This document shows, one piece after another, positions 44,101 to 50,954 of a stretch of 64,000 nucleotides of DNA. This DNA is from Candidatus Scatovivens sp. (GTDB taxonomy: Bacteria; Bacillota; Clostridia; TANB77; CAG-508). The position numbers and the translations under genes are program-made. How positions within the stretch are numbered: the stretch's first letter is position 1; each line of letters starts with the position of its first letter. Under the pieces are notes generated by a model. It worked only from the letters and a program-made list of their open reading frames with translations, ran no database searches and was not told where the DNA came from. The DNA is taken from the NCBI GenBank assembly GCA_045646345.1, contig JAZRKN010000015.1:96001-160000 (forward strand), written 5' to 3'.

Positions 44101-44957
44101 TCTTTTAAAACCTTTTCTTCTACAACTTGATTTTCATCTATTATATTTTCTAAATTACTTGTTGTATTTTCAACAACTTTATTTTCTACGCCTTCATTTA
44201 TCGTAGTGTTTGTAACTTCATTTTTTATTTCTTCTACTGTTGTATTAGAAATTGTGTTGTTGTTTTCCACAACTGTGTTTGTTGTGACTTTATTTTCAAC
44301 TATATTTTCCACAATTTTGTTTTCGGTTGTAGAATTTGTGTTTTCTTCTACAATTATATTTTCAACAATAGTATTTGTATTATCTTCTATCGTATCAACT
44401 TCATTTGATATCTCTGCTTTATCTTCAACAATTGTATTTTCAATTGTATTTGTTATTTCTTCTTTCTCTTCTTTTTCTTGAGTTTCATTTACAATTGTAT
44501 TTGTATTATTTAATTCATTATTAGGAGTTTGATTCACATCATTATCATCAATTGTATTTGTAGGAGTAGAATCGTCATTAACTACAACATTTTCGTTGCT
44601 TGTATTACTTTCATCTTTTTGTTTTTTTAGTTCTTCTAAATCAACAATCTCATCTGAATATATATAATATTTTTTTGCTATATATCCATTTACATTTTCA
44701 GGTAATTCAATATATGAATTATTATTTTCATCAGTTAAAAGCTCCAAATCTGCATTCATTGAATTCTCTGTTCCATATTCAATAAATTTTACATTTGTTG
44801 TAATAACTTCTTCTGACTTTGTTAAAAATTCAAATTTGTGCATTACTAATAAACAGATAGCTATTAAAACCACCGTTATTACAAGTTTTGCTCGATTTGT
44901 TATTTTTTTCTTACTTTTTCTAGACATCCTAGTACTCCCATTCTTAATATAATACAC
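35145..44957 (-). CDS. Giant (about 3270 aa) surface protein with Gly-rich beta-helix-like repeats
   Basis: N-terminal basic patch plus TM (likely start MSRK at 44927), N/E/T-rich stalk, dozens of (N/S)(V/I)(Y/F)GGG repeats, beta-rich C-terminus, no LPXTG seen. Confidence 0.85.
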   Translation of the reverse strand: MYYIKNGSTRMSRKSKKKITNRAKLVITVVLIAICLLVMHKFEFLTKSEEVITTNVKFIEYGTENSMNADLELLTDENNNSYIELPENVNGYIAKKYYIYSDEIVDLEELKKQKDESNTSNENVVVNDDSTPTNTIDDNDVNQTPNNELNNTNTIVNETQEKEEKEEITNTIENTIVEDKAEISNEVDTIEDNTNTIVENIIVEENTNSTTENKIVENIVENKVTTNTVVENNNTISNTTVEEIKNEVTNTTINEGVENKVVENTTSNLENIIDENQVVEEKVLKEYLPGDKVYLTEEQLEKEDLNVLAEYQTIEINGVKLYNQELVSESAEAKIVVTGYVPVGYGLNVKAEDINEIEELKADVEELKDTTVLAAYDIKILNGELEYQPKDYYQTVNVAITSVEKFKDNLIGKSIEVLHINESEDEILFEKINVSNKTIDTVECVTNEFSRYAVIKEDEITPNKVLVNNYDNDYNYYMGLNYTEDFDGRKTPYTENDMAEVTVNYYSYNTNKTEMNQIETSTVSWTRSDAGSAGGNRIVNLDIAATFGNDQYVDTTKPWTMQFKAPVPDRFNATATANDTTNNDITITYNATTQIVTVTGNNWNSWTQNTYKKYTLDIDLAYTGTGTVATFSGINTYGFKVTGTERLLIGYISTIQPTATSNGERQTLMTYTHAVPISGGKVSVELIDNPYMDRPGGAGFNGWLSADTDATHTITTNAKTYVQTVSTNVGADRKVTINLYADWQDANVIFVDTTAGAQTNDGSMTTPVNNWVGINSRLAAAYNEETDTASDRELNIIVLKNGTLSNLYETANSAYTITSIYGGQDYRENATFQVSSTITLKQDAQLAFLTVDGPANYNNNSGMGWNTDHESATADLGTWVKANAFNFRIGRGMMPDNTDETEATFTQIQGGASGNANAEYRLVIETGKYLNVQVARAGSFTGHKIAATAIIGNDFDRVRNKNDDLNIYTKFSSRTGAATLDTLYAGVPIFDMRVKSGRIGLDCFKDTDDNKPYSGIYVGGHGSTGAHDNGDRILTVEGGLICNVIGGLASYDGDDARSFIYIKGGTIVNIVGGAGRSPTYGNRVIQVTDGTILYSVNGGSNGVASTTSDNGTLNGSTKLYIGGNAVIGAEDTLTNNADRNAQGVATLYGTEAGCVLGAGNGNDDPRLMGIAGRVLSSHIIIDGNATINNSVYGGGNYGVVNSSANDDDDDNGEPVCTFEDHTNNIVSGEVYIIANGTTPNSSRIFNVNNGTLTGSYLSNTQMPTNNNLWRVTKNGNEYSFYNIGQQRYLNNDRNNLTLSGNSRTFTASVVNNGIRFYFVRNGSNRYLRINGSTITGTTTSTSNATSFRFLKAVEIEKPDDEEQEEVTAVTIEMHGGKVNKNIYGGSNQSDIVGSSTVKTYAGTINGAIYGGSNQDGDITQDTYIYINGGTIGATGDFSEDVIFGGGLGNSTSVNGDATINITDSNGTIVLNGNIYGGSEAGTVSGDSKITVSDSVSPANTILITGNIYGGGKGAENDPATTNGDTTVIVDGGTYPGISVFGGCNVNGDISGKILVEIGKTYPTTVDNVFGSGNRAAVTTNSNGVQVDIFSNANVVNAFNGGNQAGIAGTNAQVPRKITVNGGTVGNLYGGSNESGQLQATFVYVKNNAIIGNAFGGGLGTEAQINGNTLLDVIGSTITGSAYGGGSQGQVTGNTIVNVTNSNINDSLYGGGKEASVATTDINIENSIVTNNIYGGGENGAVIGNVNNKSTDVYMLAGSQAQNVFGGGKGEPATVSNITFVTIDGSNVIGDKENMDAETPATNGNVFGGGDRGLVSGGSVISILNSSTITNNIFGGGNQADLGGNTSIAVENSSAFSIYGGGNAGNVDGTTAISALGTIIDKNIYGGGNQGEVTESTSVTISDTVDNTNQTITSDIGGSVYGGGRAANVNGTTVIIQNKTQAQNVYGGGEYGEVEYGTVVEIEDSTIENSVYGGGKGADGSADATLPGQVKGSCSVEISNNSVIQNRVFGAGEGITAEVGANTQVDFYGNSSTGDDIYGGGDNGPVKGATSLYISSGNIGGNAYAAGNGVTALVDISSYLGVDGNTTIAKSAFGGGNAAETGNKYIDGATGKETGDALVIVDIAGAVIGENVYGGANSSVIYGSTVINIGLEAINDYYASTNQAARSFVRGKVDIGGTIFGGGEQMDPTKEFNYDTISVTKTILINIDGEGYETSATDTNTFNFYESVFGSGNASSANTNGDINIRNYGTREVPKRGISIQRATNVVMDNASILLNGTTDSTSAHPEGLFALNRITHLKSKNNTTLYLVNGANLLAHYSSMVGEDGNEEYATAQIIDTVVGENGTSYQVINGKIYDGRGNLEYYVSNGAIFEPNTTGIGEDIEITKIATIQNATTINRNTDNRIYMYSGRNLNISDDEEVTSKYGDVKGMTFFGIFRSSDGGEGQPGNDANSVYMGMYDPSYTTGGTLSWNERDFNRSYVLGLHERNPEQDITKDGFYTVYEKMGVELDEDDILNAENYASFSPTSYTSYITPTPKDDVYYMWYAGPDDEVFYYSFILTASKHSTFGTKELSLLGISYENAVLTLTGVDASLVNGVGLYNKNDIPNINTDQRAANNNFGLTMKTSTSGWSMSGNTDVYADAITDINHTNNTSYDGTNKYIIENLKTTPAFVFFLYHSNNITEAKELGTVQFNMGLSYWRDALNRGSARIIIDAILLSEVYDDTGYNGAIAPGTHYDLFANTVTNITTESSFSTYFEFAQENFSQIENIRNYYDDSYRVITTEYPFPIGTTITMIDRWDKNNPAYYYLDITDDEYGRVEFRLDEFKVMGSSNEKFNEKSVRENYHITENNLDYEYENFIFIANFENAEFPELPEGQTAIVKDQHFRMYLKATIDGREEILFGLLDDQIDSIVYGIYDDESTIDVNASLSKSRVFLGNDVLLKVNTVYDVKKGEQSVTIYDTRYFDKKLGVKLTFYKKNDVTDEYEVVNGANLLGTYFELNNEKYYPRADGTTRIKIAELVSNASSSIKIGTENSALATGEYQIKIESFGSADGIYYGVEASATTWVSLELINDVYGLNSTLPVEQVIIDKATGYTLDAATGKMNEVGNNMLNFDIEYLSGLNNPYITVALYRREYDESMNNPYQNDYEKVDLTEYVTNELELPVEVNQVYDEEYQEFLDSIKQFEKEYTAIDTQTIKAAVIDNTISITLNADYTLKQDLKSGTYKVVFTLYDASDEIVYKEETNDKGESTQIPFDITEYMYIGDTFSYIIIK

Positions 44958-45128
44958 TCATATTCTATCATAGAACCCTCTAAAATTAAAGTATTTTTGC
45001 ATTTTGTAACATAAATGAAAAATAACTCAAAATATGCTATTTTGAGCCATTTTATGTCAATTTTTTATTTGTTTTTTTTAACCTTTTTTACATTATTTTA
45101 CCATCTTTTTCTATATTATTTCATAAGC

Positions 45129-45162
45129 AAAAAAAGCGATAGAAAATTCTATCGCTTTTTTT
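45129..45162 (-). terminator. Intrinsic terminator after the candidate major fibre subunit
   Basis: AAAAAAAGCGATAGAA-AA-TTCTATCGCTTTTTTT. Confidence 0.85.
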
Positions 45163-45169
45163 ATTTATT

Positions 45170-46201
45170 TTAACTAATTGGATCTAAACTAAAGCTTAAA
45201 TCATATTGGATATCTGTACCAGATGCGTTGTTTTCACAGTCAACATCTTGTCCTTCAACCCATAAATAAATTCTATATTTTGTAATACCAGCAGCTAATC
45301 CTCCATTCATTTCCATGTTTGGAATTCCAGAATTTGGTGTAGCCCAAGTTGGTTCAACAGCTTGGAATGAATTTGAATCATTAGCAGCAGTTGCATCTCC
45401 TAAAACAACACCAGTTACTTCAGCTTTAACAGCATCATATTCAATTGTAGGATTTCCAGCACCTGCAGTGATTGTTGCCCATCCTAAAGCGGCTGCGTTA
45501 TTAACACCGTTTTGAGTATGTGTATCAGCATTTGGTTCCCACATCATAACAGTTCCACCAGCAGTTGGTAACGCTTGAACTGTATTTGCATCAGCATCTG
45601 TAGCAGCTGTATTTGGTCCTTTTATTAAAGCAACACGAGCTGCATTTGCTAAACCTTTAACTGTATTTGGTTCTGTTACTGCACCTGACATATATAATTT
45701 ATCAGATTCTGTTTCAACTTTTAGAAATACATCGAATGCCATGTAATATCCTTTGTCGAACTCACCTGTTGTTGTAACTTCATCAGAAGCAACATCATTT
45801 TGTAATGTTGTAGTTAACAAATATTCACCATAGTTTGCACTACCTGTATCCATTTCAGCTTTTACATTACCATAGAACATTTTTAAATGTCCATTGTTAT
45901 CTAACTCTAATGCACTAGAAACTGGTGCCATTATTGTTGGTAATTGGTTTACTGAAGATGCATATGTATCATATGCATTAAATACATCATCTTTTGTTAA
46001 TACAGTTTTCCAAGTAATACCGTCAGCAGAAATTTGTAAACCACTTGATGTAGCAACTGTAACATCAATAGCATCGATGTTAACTGTTCTGTTGGCTGTA
46101 AACCAAGCGTATGTTGACATGATTAAAAGTACGGCTGTTAATAACAAAATCATAAGTAAATTGTTTAATCTTTGTTTACTTGCTTTTGTTTTTTTCTTCA
46201 T
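45170..46201 (-). CDS. SipW-class signal peptide protein (TasA/camelysin-like fibre subunit), candidate major subunit
   Basis: LLIMSTYAWFT signal end; ARVAL and IYLWVEGQDVDC C-terminal motif; AAGGAGG RBS favours ATG at 46201. Confidence 0.8.
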   Translation of the reverse strand: MKKKTKASKQRLNNLLMILLLTAVLLIMSTYAWFTANRTVNIDAIDVTVATSSGLQISADGITWKTVLTKDDVFNAYDTYASSVNQLPTIMAPVSSALELDNNGHLKMFYGNVKAEMDTGSANYGEYLLTTTLQNDVASDEVTTTGEFDKGYYMAFDVFLKVETESDKLYMSGAVTEPNTVKGLANAARVALIKGPNTAATDADANTVQALPTAGGTVMMWEPNADTHTQNGVNNAAALGWATITAGAGNPTIEYDAVKAEVTGVVLGDATAANDSNSFQAVEPTWATPNSGIPNMEMNGGLAAGITKYRIYLWVEGQDVDCENNASGTDIQYDLSFSLDPIS

Positions 46202-46215
46202 AATATCCTCCTTCA

Positions 46216-46914
46216 TTAATCAATATGCTCTTCTGTAATGTCCATATGCATTTTCATCTCGCCACCTAGAAGTGCATTCGTACAATCAGGGTCATCCCCT
46301 TCAATAAATATTACTATTGTAAACTTATCAATAGATCCAGGCGCGAAATTTTGTCTTGATTCTAGCATTACAGTATCCTCAGAATAAAAAGCTTTTGTAC
46401 CTTCTTCTGGAGCCTCAGTATGACCATTTAATTTGCCATAAACAGTTTGTTCTCCATTAAGGTATACCATAACTCTTATCGCTTCATCTACATTTAGAAT
46501 AACATCATCAACTAAAATTGAATACCAGTAGTTGATACTTTCTTTGCCTTCATTTTCAACATAAAAGGTATATGCTATATAGTTTTCCCCATTATGAGAA
46601 CCTTCTCCGGCTGTATCAAGGTCTTCTGGCAACCATTTAATTGAGATATTATCCATACCATCCATTCCAGTAGCCTCCAACCTTTTTGACACCACTTTTT
46701 CACTTAATCTTTCGTATATTACTATTCCTTTTTCCCAGCTTAAATTTTGATCCAAAATAACAGTAAAGTTACCTGCATCATAAATCATTGATAAAATAAA
46801 ATATAGTAAAATAAGAAATAGAAGCAAAATCAGTAGTGCCAATCTAATCAATCTTATTCTAAAATCGCGCTTATAAATTTTGTTAGAGGTTGTTTTAAAT
46901 TCAAACTTTGTCAT
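46216..46914 (-). CDS. Membrane-anchored TasA-like accessory subunit
   Basis: N-terminal TM; AIRVMVY and IVIFIEGDDPDC match the C-terminal motif of the adjacent subunit. Confidence 0.65.
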   Translation of the reverse strand: MTKFEFKTTSNKIYKRDFRIRLIRLALLILLLFLILLYFILSMIYDAGNFTVILDQNLSWEKGIVIYERLSEKVVSKRLEATGMDGMDNISIKWLPEDLDTAGEGSHNGENYIAYTFYVENEGKESINYWYSILVDDVILNVDEAIRVMVYLNGEQTVYGKLNGHTEAPEEGTKAFYSEDTVMLESRQNFAPGSIDKFTIVIFIEGDDPDCTNALLGGEMKMHMDITEEHID

Positions 46915-47025
46915 TTGAACAACCTCACCTCCTAAGATTAAGCTATTATAGATTAGACATACATATTGAATTTTGCATATTCTCTAATTTATACTAATTT
47001 TAACACAATCATTTTCCATACTCAA

Positions 47026-47205
47026 TTACATTATTTTTACATTTTTTTCACATATTTGTTACATTTCTTTTGCTAATTGACTTGATTTTTCCAATATGAT
47101 AAAATCAAGAAAAATACACATGTTTGATTGATTTTCTAGTTACATTTTCTTACATATTTTACTATCATTACATCTATTCTTTTTGTTACATTAATGTAAC
47201 AAAAA
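47026..47205. promoter_or_regulatory. Phased TTACA repeats plus 26-bp perfect palindrome (putative operator) in a divergent promoter region
   Basis: TTACA at 47026, 47037, 47059, 47140, 47150, 47168, 47186; TTTTTGTTACATTAATGTAACAAAAA at 47180-47205. Confidence 0.6.
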
Positions 47206-47233
47206 TCATTCAAATAATTATGGAGTTTTAATT

Positions 47234-48181
47234 ATGAAAAAAAAGAAAATTTTCAGAATAATTTTGTTAATATTAATTTTAATTTTAGCATTTTTAACAA
47301 TACGAGATACATATTCAAAATATATAACTCAAGCAGGAAATTCTTCTACTTTAAATATCTCTAAATGGAAAATTTTATTAAACGATCAAGACATTCGAAA
47401 TAATGCTGATTTTACACAAGATATTGCAATTGAATATGAAAACAACGAACATATAGCTGATGGATTTGTAGCTCCTACAACAAAAGGAAAATTCAATTTA
47501 TCATTAGAATCAACTGGAACATCATTACCATATGAATATGAAATCCAACTAACAGATGATAAACCTTATGAGGCATCGCTAAATGGAATCACTTTTGGTG
47601 ATGGTACAAATCCTTATTTATATGAAGTATTTTTAAAAGTTACCAATATACTCTCTGATTTTGATACTTGGGAAATGGAAATTGAAGTGCCAGACAATAT
47701 TATAGAAGCTAGTTCAAACTTTAGTATAGATAATTCAACTTATAATGAAACCTATACAGTTGAAAATAATATTTTAAAAATAAATTCATCTGAATCATTA
47801 TCTCAAAATGCAGAATTATCACTAAAACTTGTATTTGCATTTACAGATGATATTGATTTTGAACTTAGTAATATACGTATAAATGACGAACTTTTATACA
47901 ATCCAACAGATAGAATTGCAGACTTCAGAATCACATCATATACCATAAATGGAATAAATCGTAAAGTACCAGCACACACAAGTAAAATAACAGGACTTGT
48001 TACACCACCAGATGATTTATCTCAAGAAGTCAAGTATGATTTTTCTTTTACTGTAGAATGGTATGATGGAGATAATAATGTATATGACAATTTTAATGAT
48101 GTAGCAGCTATAAAGCAACTTTTACCAGCTACTATTCCAATTACATTGTCAGTTACTCAAGTTTTGGAGGACGCACCATAA
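47234..48181 (+). CDS. SipW-class signal peptide protein (opposite strand)
   Basis: IRDTYSKYIT signal end; ISKWKILLND, VAPTTKG, VEW..D motifs shared with 55812-56480. Confidence 0.75.
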   Translation: MKKKKIFRIILLILILILAFLTIRDTYSKYITQAGNSSTLNISKWKILLNDQDIRNNADFTQDIAIEYENNEHIADGFVAPTTKGKFNLSLESTGTSLPYEYEIQLTDDKPYEASLNGITFGDGTNPYLYEVFLKVTNILSDFDTWEMEIEVPDNIIEASSNFSIDNSTYNETYTVENNILKINSSESLSQNAELSLKLVFAFTDDIDFELSNIRINDELLYNPTDRIADFRITSYTINGINRKVPAHTSKITGLVTPPDDLSQEVKYDFSFTVEWYDGDNNVYDNFNDVAAIKQLLPATIPITLSVTQVLEDAP

Positions 48182-48201
48182 AATATAAAAAAATAATAAA
48201 C

Positions 48202-48236
48202 AAAAAGAAGTAGATTTTAAATCTACTTCTTTTTTT
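48202..48236. terminator. Bidirectional intrinsic terminator
   Basis: AAAAAGAAGTAGATTT-T-AAATCTACTTCTTTTT between convergent genes. Confidence 0.85.
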
Positions 48237-48253
48237 ACTTTCTAATATTCTTA

Positions 48254-49063
48254 TTATGGATTTTCTTGACTTTGAACAGCTCTTATCTTTACTTCTATCT
48301 CTATACCATATTCTCCTGGATGGTTTTGATCAAAATCATAAGCTTTATTTCCCCAATATGTATCAATCTCATCTGCAGCATCTATTACAGTTTGATCATC
48401 ACTATCTACTTCATAATCCCAATTAACTTTAAACTTTAATTCAACATCCTCACTTCCAACTTCCATTGGTACTGGTGTTCCATTATATAAAGTATCATCT
48501 ATATATATTTCTATTTTAAATGGATAAGTTTTTAATAATTCAAATAATTTTTCTGAACTATATATTTCTTGAACACCTCCATTATCGTAGGTTGTCTCTC
48601 CAGCTATATATTCATCTTCAAAAATTCTCATTGATAAAATATCACAAGAAAGTTCTGCTTCTGTTTCTCCATTATTTTTTGCATTAATTAATTGAACTTT
48701 TTCTGTCATACCTGGAAAAATTTCTCCAACCTCAAAAAGAAAATTTTCTGTTTGGTCTCCACTTGATAACTCAAAACTCCAGTTTTTTACGTGCATTGAG
48801 ATATCCATTGATACAGTTGATATATATATAAACCACGCATAAGTATTAGCAATCAATGTTAAAAGTAAAATTAAAACTGTTCTTATTTTTAATCCTGAAT
48901 TCAACATTGAGCTATATCTTTTTCGTTTTTTCTTTTTTGAACTATTTAGAGTTTTTTCTGGCTTGTTTTCATCTTCATTTTCAATTGTTTCTTCTATTGC
49001 ACTATATAAAATTTCATTTTCGATATCTTCATATAGTATAGACTCTAAATCTTGAAAATCCAT
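48254..49063 (-). CDS. SipW-class signal peptide protein with long acidic/basic N-terminal extension
   Basis: LLTLIANTYAWF after about 60 cytoplasmic residues; IFPG, VNWDYE..D..DTYWG; GAAGGAG RBS before ATG at 49063. Confidence 0.75.
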   Translation of the reverse strand: MDFQDLESILYEDIENEILYSAIEETIENEDENKPEKTLNSSKKKKRKRYSSMLNSGLKIRTVLILLLTLIANTYAWFIYISTVSMDISMHVKNWSFELSSGDQTENFLFEVGEIFPGMTEKVQLINAKNNGETEAELSCDILSMRIFEDEYIAGETTYDNGGVQEIYSSEKLFELLKTYPFKIEIYIDDTLYNGTPVPMEVGSEDVELKFKVNWDYEVDSDDQTVIDAADEIDTYWGNKAYDFDQNHPGEYGIEIEVKIRAVQSQENP

Positions 49064-49099
49064 AATAGCTCCTTCCATTTATAATATTAGAATTTATTT

Positions 49100-49771
49100 T
49101 TATTCTTCATCATCTTCGTCGTCTTCATCATCTTCGTCATCTTCGTCGTCTTCATCATCTTCGTCATCTTCGTCGTCTTCTTCATCTTCTTCATCTTCGT
49201 CTTCTTCGTCTTCTTCATCTTCTTCTAGTTCTTCATTTTCATCTCTACCAGATTTTAATTGCAAGAAGAATAATACCGCAAAAGGAATAAAGAATACAAC
49301 ATAAAATGCTGTCATATTATTCATCAATTTTGTCAATAAACTTATCAAAACGCATTTATATATTACTTTTCCATAAATTTGATCACCTGTAATAGTAGGA
49401 TCTTCAGCAGGATTTGCTATACCTTTTGTATGGAAAACTCTTCCTCCAATAGATTCTTCTATTTCAATAATTTGGTGTGTTACAACTCTCCCAGCAAAAG
49501 AACCATGTTCGCCTAAATAAGTTATATCATCTCCTACTTTTAGAGTATTTGGATCTTGTTCTTTTACAATTAAAACATCTCCAACTTGATATTTTGGAAT
49601 CATACTTCCTGTTGCAACATTAAATACTCTAAAACCACCAATTGTTTTTTCATTATTTGAAAATCTTTGCAATGCAAGAACTGCAATTATTATTATTAAA
49701 AAAATCGCACATAAATATTTAATAATTGAAATTATCATACCTAGTGGTTTTAAATTTAACTTTTTCTTCAT
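49100..49771 (-). CDS. sipW: Signal peptidase I, SipW-type, with poly-Asp/Glu tail
   Basis: VATGSMIP, VTHQI, TKGIAN..ED; C-terminal run of about 45 D/E residues. Confidence 0.85.
   Translation of the reverse strand: MKKKLNLKPLGMIISIIKYLCAIFLIIIIAVLALQRFSNNEKTIGGFRVFNVATGSMIPKYQVGDVLIVKEQDPNTLKVGDDITYLGEHGSFAGRVVTHQIIEIEESIGGRVFHTKGIANPAEDPTITGDQIYGKVIYKCVLISLLTKLMNNMTAFYVVFFIPFAVLFFLQLKSGRDENEELEEDEEDEEDEDEEDEEDDEDDEDDEDDEDDEDDEDDEDDEE
49103..49225 (-). repeat. Imperfect 9-bp tandem repeat encoding (EDD)n
   Basis: TCTTCGTCG/TCTTCATCA/TCTTCGTCA units in tandem. Confidence 0.85.
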
Positions 49772-49816
49772 TATACTTCCTTTAAAATTTATTTAGGATT
49801 ATGGCCCTATCACCAT

Positions 49817-50935
49817 TTATTCTCTATTAATTTGTTGAACATATTTTCCAATATGTTTTTTAAATATAGCTTGAATTTCTTTATTTGTAACTTGCTTTTT
49901 GTATTTTACTATCGTAAATTGCTTACTAACCAAATTTCTCAATTGGTCTTCCGTTATTTGATCATTAACATCAATAACTCTTTCAACAATATTAGCAATT
50001 AATTGTTCTATTATTTCTTTTTTACGTTTTTTTCTAAGTTCTGGATTCTCAACATTTTGTAAGATCAAATAATCTAATAAGAAAGTTTCATCAGCATATT
50101 TTTTTGATTTTCCTCTTTCTTTATATTCCCTTACTTTGTTGTCCATTTCCCCTTTAGATTTTACATCCATTTCATTAATAAGGAAATCCCAAAGTTTAAC
50201 TGCATATTGGAAATTAACATTTTTTAATATCATGTTTGTTTTCTTAAGAGGTGGAGTTATTAGTGTTACGTGAGCTGCTTCTAGTTCTTGATAAGTAGGA
50301 GAAAATGTTAAAGCAATAACTTCTCTTTCTAACATTTTTATTCTATCTAATAGTTCATTTCTTTCATCTTGCGCTGTTGTATTTTCAGAAGCAGATGTCA
50401 AAAGTACTTGGATATCTACTTTATTTTTTCCATTATACGAACTTCCAACATAGTCCATCTTTTTGAACTCGTTAGAACTTACAGATTTATCTTCTAATAT
50501 TTTCTTTTTTTGTTGTCTTATAATAAACAACATTCTTTGAATCAATGTATAAATAAATCTGTTCTCATAAGTATTAAATGTTTCTTCTTTAAAAACATTT
50601 AGCATTTTTCCTGGTTGAACATCACCTTCTTCAGTAACATCTTCAATAAAACCAGCATTTTTTGATAAATGTTTTATCGCTTCTACTGTAACTTTTTTTA
50701 TTTTTTCAATTTTAACAACTTCTTCTTCATTTATAATAAGCCTCATAGGGTTTCTTAAAATATTGTCTAAATACTCAATAGTATCTTCCATTTTTTCTAC
50801 CCAAAGTTCTTGATTTTTTGGCTTATCTGTTTCAACTCTAACAGTCATTTTTGAAGATAGTTTGCTATTAAATGCATTAATTTTTCTAGAATCAGTATCT
50901 GCATATAATTCAAAAACATCCAAAATTTTATCCAC
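49817..50935 (-). CDS. DUF2357 (McrC N-terminal-like) protein, no nuclease domain evident
   Basis: EETFNTYENRFIYTL and TNMILKNVNF..AVKLW motifs; directly downstream of the McrB-like gene; GTG start with AAGGAGG. Confidence 0.7.
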   Translation of the reverse strand: MDKILDVFELYADTDSRKINAFNSKLSSKMTVRVETDKPKNQELWVEKMEDTIEYLDNILRNPMRLIINEEEVVKIEKIKKVTVEAIKHLSKNAGFIEDVTEEGDVQPGKMLNVFKEETFNTYENRFIYTLIQRMLFIIRQQKKKILEDKSVSSNEFKKMDYVGSSYNGKNKVDIQVLLTSASENTTAQDERNELLDRIKMLEREVIALTFSPTYQELEAAHVTLITPPLKKTNMILKNVNFQYAVKLWDFLINEMDVKSKGEMDNKVREYKERGKSKKYADETFLLDYLILQNVENPELRKKRKKEIIEQLIANIVERVIDVNDQITEDQLRNLVSKQFTIVKYKKQVTNKEIQAIFKKHIGKYVQQINRE

Positions 50936-50954
50936 TGTTTCCTCCTTAGAATTA

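Noticed and set aside
46915-48253. Invertible phase-variation cassette around the opposite-strand gene
   Set aside because: No flanking inverted repeats spotted and no recombinase in the window.
49103-49225. Tandem repeat as a possible CRISPR or non-coding satellite
   Set aside because: No spacers and no cas genes; it is in-frame coding sequence for the acidic tail.
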